Positions 13,831-22,932 of a stretch of 64,000 bases of DNA are shown here, piece after piece. Made by a program: the position numbers and the translations under genes. Where the stretch lies: the NCBI RefSeq assembly GCF_037042905.1, contig NC_087251.1:16804001-16868000 (forward strand). The letters run 5' to 3'. Under the pieces are notes generated by a model. The model saw nothing but the letters and a program-made list of their open reading frames with translations. It was not told the DNA's origin and made no database searches. Numbering within the stretch: the first letter of the stretch is position 1; each line of letters opens with the position of its first letter. The DNA comes from Lytechinus pictus (lineage: Eukaryota).

Positions 13831-14265
13831 TACGAAAGACCATTAGTGCCACGGAGAAAAAAAAACACTATTTCTACTAATCTGTTATAACAGATTACGG
13901 TATTTCTACTAATCTGTTTAAACAGATTATAATCTGTTATAACAGATTACGGTATTTCTACTAATCTGTTATAACAGATTACGGTATTTCTACTAATCTG
14001 TTTAAACAGATTATAATCTGTTATAACAGATTACGGTATTTCTACTAATCTGTTATAACAGATTATAATCTGTTTAAACAGATTAGTAGAAATACCGTAA
14101 TCTGTTATAACAGATTAGTAGAAATACCGTAATCTGTTATAACAGATTAGTAGAAATACCGTAATCTGTTATAACAGATTAGTAGAAATACCGTAATCTG
14201 TTATAACAGATTAGTAGAAATAGTGTTTTTTTTTTCTCCGTACGTGGCACTAATGGTCTTTCGTA
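13831..14265. mobile_element. Foldback MITE with internal 32-bp palindrome-containing array
   Basis: 22-bp perfect TIR TACGAAAGACCATTAGTGCCAC; units TATTTCTACTAATCTGTTATAACAGATTACGG invert orientation mid-element. Confidence 0.85.
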
Positions 14266-15440
14266 AAACTTGCCTCGCCTCCTTTTAAATTTGTAGTACA
14301 GTTTATTCTTTTTAAAAACCTCCATTGAAACTTGCCTCACCTCCTTTTAAACTGGCTTCACCATAATACAGTTTATTCTTTTTAAAAACCTCCATTAAAA
14401 CTTGCCTCACCTCCTTTTAAACTGGCTTCACCATAATACAGTTTATTCTTTTTAAAAATCTCAATTGAAACTTGCCTCACCTCCTTTTAAACTGGCTTCA
14501 CGATAATACAGTTTATTCTTTTTAAAAACCTCCATTGAAACTTGCCTCACCTCCTTTTAAATTGGCTTCACCATATAATACAGTTTATTCTTTTTAAAAA
14601 CCTCCATTGAAACTTGCCTCACCTCCTTTTAAATTGGCTTCACCATATACAGTTTATTCTTTTTAAAAACCTCCATTGAAACTTGCCTCACCTCCTTTTA
14701 AATTGGCTTCACCATATACAGTTTATTCTTTTTAAAAACCTCCATTGAAACTTGCCTCACATCCTTTTAAACTTGCTTCACCATAATACAGTTTATTCTT
14801 TTTAAAAACCTCCATTGAAACTTGTCTCACCTCCTTTTAAATTGGCTTCATAATTTGTAGTACAGTTTATTCTTTTTAAAAACCTCCATTGAAACTTGCC
14901 TCACCTCCTTTTAAACTGGCTTCACCATAATACAGTTTATTCTTTTTAAACACCTCCATTGAAACTTGCCTCACCTCCTTTTAAATTGGCTTCACCATAA
15001 TACAGTTTATTCTTTTTAAAAACCTCCATTGAAACTTGCCTCACCTCCTTTTGGCTTCACCATAATACAGTTTATTCTTTTTAAAAACCTCCATTGAAAC
15101 TTGCCTCACCTCCTTTTAAACTGGCTTCACCATATACAGTTTATTCTTTTTAAAAACCTCCATTGAAACTTGCCTCACCTCCTTTTAAATTGGCTTCACC
15201 ATAATACAGTTTATTCTTTTCAAAAACCTCCATTGAAACTTGCCTCACCTCCTTTTAAATTGGCTTCACCATAATACAGTTTATTCTTTTTAAAAACCTC
15301 CATTGAAACTTGCCTCACCTCCTTTTAAATTGGCTTCACCATATACAGTTTATTCTTTTTAAAAACCTCCATTGAAACTTGCCTCACCTCCTTTTAAACT
15401 TGCTTCACCATAATACAGTTTATTCTTTTTAAAAACCTTC
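14266..15440. repeat. 70-bp minisatellite, left part (about 17 copies)
   Basis: AAACTTGCCTCACCTCCTTTTAAATTGGCTTCACCATAATACAGTTTATTCTTTTTAAAAACCTCCATTG tandem. Confidence 0.95.
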
Positions 15441-15615
15441 CGACATTAAGTAAGAAATGAGATGGGAAACCAGTTACAGTAATAACAATTTTATTACACC
15501 AACTTTAGGGCAAACCTCATTTATCGTGCGCGGCCATCGTAAGGGCCGATAAGACGTCATCCCTCGCAGAGGGCGACTGAACACAAAACACATCAAACAC
15601 AATAACATACTGGCG
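15441..15615 (-). repeat. 3' LTR
   Basis: Direct repeat of 21552-21726. Confidence 0.92.
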
Positions 15616-17462
15616 CAACCACTTTTTCCTCCTATCTTTTCATTTGAATTATGTCGATCAAAAACCACTTGGCTGAGATAACAATTGCTTTCAAAACAAA
15701 CATCAAATTACTCAGTAACAAAAGTAAAACAAAACTACATCTGTGGCTATCTCGCCAAACCGTGGATTCTGGAGGAAAATTACCAAAGCACATACTAGTA
15801 GGCCTGCGAGGATGGTATCACACATAAATCAAATGGAGTTAAGAGCTAAATCAGCATCGATACAAATAGTAGGCCATTACCATGGTTACAACAAATCTAA
15901 GTGAAAAGTACAATGTATCTTTGAATTTTAGGCAATAAACATAAATGAATAAAACACCAACATCTCATCTACCCTTCGATCTGTAGTAAAAACCACACCA
16001 AATGATCTATCAACAGGACCTTTAATAAGCTAATGTAAAGATGGGGGAAAATATAGACAACCCTTGATACATTCCTATATGCTAAAAAGGCTAAACTCTG
16101 TAAAACAGTAACACATATGTAGCATGATTTAGTATGACATGACAAAGGATGAATACAAAACTGGCATTGCTATACCAAAGACATCCATACACACAATCAT
16201 TGTGAACACCATAGATAATATGAAAGCGATAAAGGCATTGCTATACAAAATACATATATAAGCACAATTATTGCAAACACATCAAATGCTATAAGCCTAC
16301 GCAACAATAAATACATTAAATACCAATACTAAAAAATGTCACATGCATTATACAATTGTTAAATGTAAAATATAATGCAAAAGAGTAAAAACACTGTCTG
16401 GCATACAAAAGACAAATAATCCTAGCATAGTTAGCACATAAACAATCTAATACTGTGATTTCCTAAATTTGAGGACGTGCAAGAATATGGAGGCTCACAA
16501 AACCTGCCAAACAAGAGGTAGCCTTGACACATAATAACAAACACTATTCATAATCCAAACAAATAGATAAACAGAGGGCCAGTAAAATCAAATAAAACTG
16601 AAAGAAAAATGGTCAAGTATAAAACACGAACATGTACAAATTTTTCCATTAGTAAAAAGGATAGGTAAAAATACAATGGGAAACCAGCCAGCCTCCATAG
16701 TACAGTTATGGAACATACAATGTCTAAAGGTAAACCTAAGTGCCACGAAAAAAAAAAAATGAATAGCAGATTACTGGACTACAATAACTATGGAGAGTGA
16801 AAGATGTACTGATGAATCGTCGATAAATTACTAACATAAAATAGCTGATAGAAAAAGGGGCATTAAGGCTCCCACTATATTACACCCTCATACTAATATC
16901 CCAACATTAAATAAAAACCAGTATGACATTAAAACATGTAAATGAAAGATGAAAAGTAATTATAAATTTCGGGCTACCAACTCATCACTGAGATGGAAAT
17001 GAGCAAAATAACCAATAACTTTATCCATAGCTATGTGAAATAAAACAACAATCTAACACCTTAATAAATGCATGGTGCACAAGGATACAATTTATTGAAC
17101 AATAATCAAAACAATGATATACATGGTCCATTAGTACATTACATGTATATAGGTATAAGCAAAGACTAAAAACATACAACTAAAACAACAGTGTAAAGAT
17201 CAAATACATATAAAAATCACATCACACAAAGATGGCCACAAAAAAAAAAAAAAAAAAAAAGAGTGGGACAGGGGAAGAAGAAAACAGAAGAATTGCAGTC
17301 TATACTGTCCATATCAGTATAATGCTAAAAACATAACATAAAACATCAGGATTGAGTCCTCTGTTAAAGCTCATGTATTCGTGTCACAGAAAGAATGTGA
17401 AGAAACGTTGAAGCAAAGTCCATGTCCAACATTTCCAACAAGGTCATATCTCAGTCGGCAAT

Positions 17463-19367
17463 CTAGCAATGGGTCCTGCACAATTTAAAGTCAATATCCG
17501 GAGGACGTCCTGGGGGGAGTCCAATATGTTCTCCAACAGGGTGACATGGCCGACTCTGTGAAGCCATCATGAGGGCAGACGTGAAGGACACAATGGTGTC
17601 TGACCACCTGAACTGAGGATCCAACATCTCGAAGCACCAGGGATCACTGGTAGGACCTGAAGCATCATCAGGGACATCACCAGGAGAATCCGGGGGCCGA
17701 CCAGGAGGGTCATCAATCCATAGGGTACAAGGTTGAGGAGCCATATGATGATGCTCGGCGACGGTGACATTGTGCATGGGAGGAACACGAGAACCCTTGA
17801 CCACAGGAGTCGAAAGAGGAAGGGCATTCAGGTGGCACCAACTGTTATCACACAATGTAAGGTCAAATGACTGACTACGATCAGGTTGAGATACAGCAAC
17901 AATATCAGATGAGTCATGGACTGCACAGTTACTATGGTATAAAGATGCATGATCAGGAGCCGATGGCTGTTGAGGTGTTTTAAGTTCACTGATGGGCTCC
18001 GCGGCTATAGGATGTCTGTCTGACTCAACAACGGGTTCGATGTCTCCAAGGATTTCACTTGTAGATGACCGGTCTGCAACAGCAGGATGGGCTCGTTCAC
18101 AATTACAGGATTCCGGAGTTGAAACACGATAAGAATGGTCAACGCCATCGGACGTAGAGTCAGGTAAGCCGGCAGCAAGCGCATCGGATAGAGGGATGGC
18201 CGAAGGACCGTACGGATACGATGGTCCATCACCGAATGATACTGCGTGCTTAGCCGGGCGGATAAACACGTCATGCAATTCCATGAATGGAATTCCAGCC
18301 TGAACAGCAACATCCAAAGACTCTACCACTAATCCTTTGAAGAGAAACTGTCTGTTGTCCCTTGTGAATGTGAGACAGGTCTCACCTACAATCGTAAGAG
18401 GGGAGGAATTGTCAGTAGGTTGAACTGATCGGGAAGTGGCGGTAATTATCACAGCCCCAAGATCTTGAACCGTAGAATGTAAAATCAAATTCTCCGTAGA
18501 CCCACTGACAATGCTGACACGGACACACTGATCACCATGGAAAAGTTCCACAAAGGGAGTCACGGGGGCCTGATTAGGCACAACGATTGAACTAGCCACA
18601 GACCTATGTGGCATAATGTGAGGAACTTGGACCTCATCTGACTCTGATGAAAGTCCATTGCACCAGTGAGGGTCTCCCTGAAAGGCTGACTCTGACTTCG
18701 AGTCATCAAAGCAACCAAGATGTAAATTAGGATCTACAGAGGAACGATCCACGGCATACGATGAACAGTCAACATCTTCAGCAGGAATACAGCCTGGAAC
18801 ATGATCATAACCAGGGTCATGATCGACAATCAACTCATCGCAGGTATCACTACAAGTATGGAAATCGGTGTAGCCGAGAATGCTAGCGGCCTTGCGAGCT
18901 CGAGTAATCATGCGCCTTTCATGGTCGGGCAAGAATGGACAGTCACCAATATGGTGGCGGTAACAATGCCGACTAGCATTAAGACAAAGTGGGCACACAA
19001 CTTGGTTAACGTTAGGCCTATGGTGAACTAAGGCGGGCCTAGGACTAGTCTGAATCGATGTAGGTGCCATGCTATAACTATCGGTAGCCTGGATATGTTC
19101 AGGACTCGACGTATACCGACAGCAAGGTACAACACACCGGGCATCACACTTGTGGTCATAATTAGTGTCATAATAGGCAGATCTATCATACATCTCTTTA
19201 CTAGACCTAATACCGATATCATTGTCTCTCGACTCATGATCATCGGACACGGCTCGATGATCGGTAAGCTTATGGCTAGTTAAGTGTACGTGTAAAACTC
19301 TAATCTGATTCTGAGGATATGATTGGCAATGTAGATCTAGGCATGACTTTCGTCTGGAATCATCCAA
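17463..19367 (-). CDS. Retrotransposon gag/aspartic-protease-derived ORF (634 aa, degenerate; no RT/RNaseH/IN)
   Basis: Zn-knuckle-like CPLC...HHIGDC; retropepsin-like VRVSIVSGSTENLI...IVGET...AGIPF with the catalytic Asp position read as Val; lies between the LTRs in sense orientation. Confidence 0.75.
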   Translation of the reverse strand: MDDSRRKSCLDLHCQSYPQNQIRVLHVHLTSHKLTDHRAVSDDHESRDNDIGIRSSKEMYDRSAYYDTNYDHKCDARCVVPCCRYTSSPEHIQATDSYSMAPTSIQTSPRPALVHHRPNVNQVVCPLCLNASRHCYRHHIGDCPFLPDHERRMITRARKAASILGYTDFHTCSDTCDELIVDHDPGYDHVPGCIPAEDVDCSSYAVDRSSVDPNLHLGCFDDSKSESAFQGDPHWCNGLSSESDEVQVPHIMPHRSVASSIVVPNQAPVTPFVELFHGDQCVRVSIVSGSTENLILHSTVQDLGAVIITATSRSVQPTDNSSPLTIVGETCLTFTRDNRQFLFKGLVVESLDVAVQAGIPFMELHDVFIRPAKHAVSFGDGPSYPYGPSAIPLSDALAAGLPDSTSDGVDHSYRVSTPESCNCERAHPAVADRSSTSEILGDIEPVVESDRHPIAAEPISELKTPQQPSAPDHASLYHSNCAVHDSSDIVAVSQPDRSQSFDLTLCDNSWCHLNALPLSTPVVKGSRVPPMHNVTVAEHHHMAPQPCTLWIDDPPGRPPDSPGDVPDDASGPTSDPWCFEMLDPQFRWSDTIVSFTSALMMASQSRPCHPVGEHIGLPPGRPPDIDFKLCRTHC

Positions 19368-19776
19368 CTTATAGCTAACTTGACCACAATGAAAACTGTC
19401 ATAATCTTCTGGTTCATTCTCATCAACATAACCATCTTCTTGGTCATTCTCATAATCATCTTCTGGTTCATTATCAACCTCATAATCATTCTTCTCATAT
19501 CCATCTTGTTCTTGTTCATTCTCATCACCATACTCATGATAATCATCTTCTGGATCATTCTCATAATCATCTTCTGATTCATTCTCAACCTCATAATCAA
19601 CTTCCGATTCTGGTTCATTCTCATCACCATATAATCATCTTCTAGTTCATTCTGCACTTCATAATCACCGTCTGGTTTATTCTCATTACCACAATCACGG
19701 CCATTATGACCGGACCTGTCACCGACAGGTTCAACATCTTCCACACAATTAAATCTACTAATTGTACGTGTACTAA

Positions 19777-21205
19777 CCCAGGACCAAAATCCAGTTAAAA
19801 CCAATTAGGGCAAAACCAATTGAAACCAGTTGGCCAACTGGTTTCAATAGGGAAATTGGAACAACTGGTTCCAATTGAAAACCAGTTGCCAATTGGTTCC
19901 AGTTAAAACCAATTGGTTCCAATTGAAAACCAGTTGCCAATTGGTTCCAGTTAAAACCAATTGGGCAACTGGAACCAGTTGGCAATTGGTGTCAATTGGT
20001 TCCAGTTGTTCCAATTTCCCTATTAAAACCAATTGGAGGCAACTGGTTTCAATTGGTTCCAGTTGAAACCAATTGGAGGCAACTGGTTTCAACTGGAACC
20101 AGTTGAAACCAATTGGTTTCCAACTGGATCCATTTGGAACTTCCCGGAGTTGGAATGAACTTAATTAGTTACAAATTAATTAGCATTTGCACTAACTATT
20201 GCTCATGCCAACATAGAAGCAGTGTTATATGTCTATTAATACCAATGTAAAGGGCATTGATAAAATACAGACTTTTATATGTATATATTTATATGGAAGA
20301 TCTTCAAATATATGTATTTTTATTTGATGTAATTTGGTAACAGTTAGTGGTGTACTAATTATCCTTTAATCTGTTTTAATTATAATCTATAACATTTATG
20401 AACATGGTTTTCACTGCTAAGTATTCTAAATACTTATCTTTAAAAAGTGTGGTACTTAAAATTGAAAAGAATTAAATAGATACATTGTTAATGATGATGA
20501 ATCTCATAAAACATTAATCTGTGCACACTGGCAGATAATATGCAAATTAACTGGTTTCAATTGGATCCAGTTGGGTAACTGGAAAATTTCCAATTGGAAA
20601 CCAATTGGAAATCATTTCCAGTTACCCAACTGGTTCCAGTTTTATTTCCAGTTACCCAACTGGTTCCAATTAGAATTCATTTCCAGTTACCCATCTTTCC
20701 AGTTAGAAGTCATCTCCAGTTACCCAATTCAACCAATTGGTACCAGTTAGGATTTAGTTACACAACTGCATGGTTCAAGTTAGGATTTCCAGTTACCCAA
20801 CTGGTTCCAGTTAGGATTTCCAGTTGCCCAACTGGTTCCAGTTGGGATTTCCAGTTGCCCAACTGGTTCCAGTTAGAAGTCATTTCCAGTTACCCAACTG
20901 GTTCCAGTTAGGATTTCCAGTTGCCCAACTGGTTCCAGTTGGGATTTCCAGTTGCCCAACTGGTTCCAGTTGGGATTTCCAGTTACTCAACTGGTTCCAG
21001 TTAGAAATCATTTCCAATTGGAAGTCATTTCCAGTAACCCAACTGGTTCCAGTTAGGATTTCCAGCATGCCCAACTGGTTTCAATTGGTTTCAACTGGAA
21101 ATTGTTAAATTCCAGTTAAAACCAATTGAAACCAGTTAAAACCAGTTGAAACCAATTGAAACCAGTTGGAAATCCAACTGGTTTCAATTGGATTTTGGTC
21201 CTGGG
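19777..21205. mobile_element. Non-autonomous CMC/EnSpm-like element nested in the LTR element
   Basis: TIR CCCAGGACCAAAATCCA; 2-bp TSD AA; dense CCAATTGG/CCAGTT subterminal repeats around an AT-rich core. Confidence 0.88.
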
Positions 21206-21551
21206 AATGTGTCTGATTTCTTGATTTACTGTGTAATTTCTTGATTTACTAATTGTGTAATTACTTGATTTACTAATTGCATGACTAGAAAAGTTAGAAA
21301 AGTCTGACAGAGAAGTACAAGAACCAACTTGACTGGGTCTGGGGCGGCCTCGCTCTCGGGCCTGGGGGCGAGGTCTTGACCTCGGTGAGGGAACAGCCAT
21401 ACAAAGGACTGTGTGTGGGACTACGGCACTGAGGTAGTAAAAAATCGTTACACCTATCACGACACATTTTTGCCGACCAACTGGTTGCTCGGGATAGCAT
21501 GAATCCCATCGGTGTGCGGAGCAGGCAAGGTTCAAATCCCAGCTGTCACCA

Positions 21552-21726
21552 CGACATTAAGTAAGAAAGGAGATGGGAAACCAGTTACAGTAATAACAAT
21601 TTTATTACACCAACTTTAGGGCAAACCTCATTTATCGTGCGCGGCCATCGTAAGGGCCGATAAGACGTCATCCCTCGCAGAGGGCGACTGAACACAAAAC
21701 ACATCAAACACAATAACATACTGGCG
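21552..21726 (-). repeat. 5' LTR
   Basis: Direct repeat of 15441-15615; PBS immediately follows on minus strand. Confidence 0.92.
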
Positions 21727-22135
21727 TTCATTGAAACTTGTCTCACCTCCTTTTAAATTGGCTTCATAATTTGTATAGTACAGTTTATTCTTTTTAAAAA
21801 CCTCCATTGAAACTTGCCTCACCTCCTTTTAAACTGGCTTCACCATAATACAGTTTATTCTTTTTAAAAACCTCCATTGAAACTTGCCTCACCTCCTTTT
21901 AAATTGGCTTCACCATAATACAGTTTATTCTTTTTAAAAACCTCCATTGAAACTTGCCTCACCTCCTTTTAAATTGGCTTCACCATAATACAGTTTATTC
22001 TTTTTTAAAAACCTCCATTAAAACTTGCCTCACCTCCTTTTAAATTGGCTTCACCATATAATACAGTTTATTCTTTTTTAAAACCTCCATTGAAACTTGT
22101 CTCACCTCCTTTTAAATTGGCTTCACCATAATATT
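21727..22135. repeat. 70-bp minisatellite, right part (about 6 copies)
   Basis: Same unit resumes in register after the LTR element. Confidence 0.95.
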
Positions 22136-22489
22136 CAGGTAAGGTATATTCCTTCTTTTTTTAAAAAACATCATTGTTCACTTCCCTCACCTAGATCATT
22201 TGGGTATATATAATACCTTTTATTCTACACTATTCTTCCCTTAAAAAAAACCTGATTGTACTCCTGCCTCCCCTGATCTGACATTTGCCTCTCAACGTAC
22301 TGGAAATAGATACCCTTTTTTCAATATTTTTGTGTTTTTGACACCCTTATCACGTTACGTACGTAACGTGCCCTCTCTTGAAAAAGACATCCTTTTTACG
22401 TGTTTTTTTGGTCGCGCATGGTATCCACTCGTCAATGGAAGTGGCACCCCCGGGCGTACTAGCTGTACATAGTGTTATTTTATTATCTC

Positions 22490-22810
22490 TTTGTATCGGA
22501 AACTTCGTTTCACCGAATTGCCATGCACTCTCTCCGACGCGTTTGAAGTCTTAGACAGCATGGCATACTACCAGCCGATGGTACACACACGCACACACAC
22601 ACACGTTATTTGACAACTTGTCTCTGGAGCCAAAGTTCCTCGCATATAACTATCTGCATGCCTGCACGCAGTGTGTATTGAACACGCACGACCACGATCT
22701 AATGAATATTCATCGGCGAGACTGACGTCATTTTACGAGTCTCCTTTCAAACTTAACTTGGATCATAAGTGCCTACCGACAATTTTACGACAACGCACAT
22801 GGAGAAAAAA
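22490..22810 (+). promoter_or_regulatory. NOP53 proximal promoter / 5'UTR
   Basis: CpG-enriched stretch just upstream of ATG; perfect CRE TGACGTCA at 22723-22730; CGGAA (ETS-like) near 22497. Confidence 0.55.
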
Positions 22811-22932
22811 ATGGCCCAGTCGACGAAAAGAAAAAGGGTCGCCAAAAACAGAAAGAAGGCATGGAGGAAGCACTCAAATATACAAGATGTTGAGGAATTT
22901 ATGGATGATGAACGAATGCAGCTTCGAACTGG
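22811..22932 (+). CDS. NOP53: NOP53 exon 1 (MAQSTKRKRVAKNRKKAWRKHSNIQDVEEFMDDERMQLRT)
   Basis: ATG at 22811; donor GTAAAA at 22933; phase 2. Confidence 0.93.

Larger units (their letters stand above)
15441..21726 (-). mobile_element. Non-autonomous gypsy-like LTR retrotransposon with CG...CG termini and 3-bp TSD (Troyka-like)
   Basis: 175-bp LTRs at 15441-15615 and 21552-21726 (1 mismatch seen), TSD TTC, PBS TGGTGACAGCTGGGATTTGAACC (21551-21529), purine tract before 3' LTR (~15640-15622), AATAAA in LTR, gag/protease-like ORF. Confidence 0.9.

Noticed and set aside
13870..14225. CRISPR-like regularly spaced palindromes
   Set aside because: No unique spacers, no cas genes, eukaryotic context; it is a MITE interior.
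14266..15440. 70-bp array as CRISPR
   Set aside because: Head-to-tail tandem units with no spacers.
19773..21108. Several track ORFs (LVPV/NWFQL repeats)
   Set aside because: Translations of subterminal repeats of the nested DNA element.
21529..21551. tRNA gene
   Set aside because: Only a 3' fragment with encoded CCA next to an LTR; it is a PBS.
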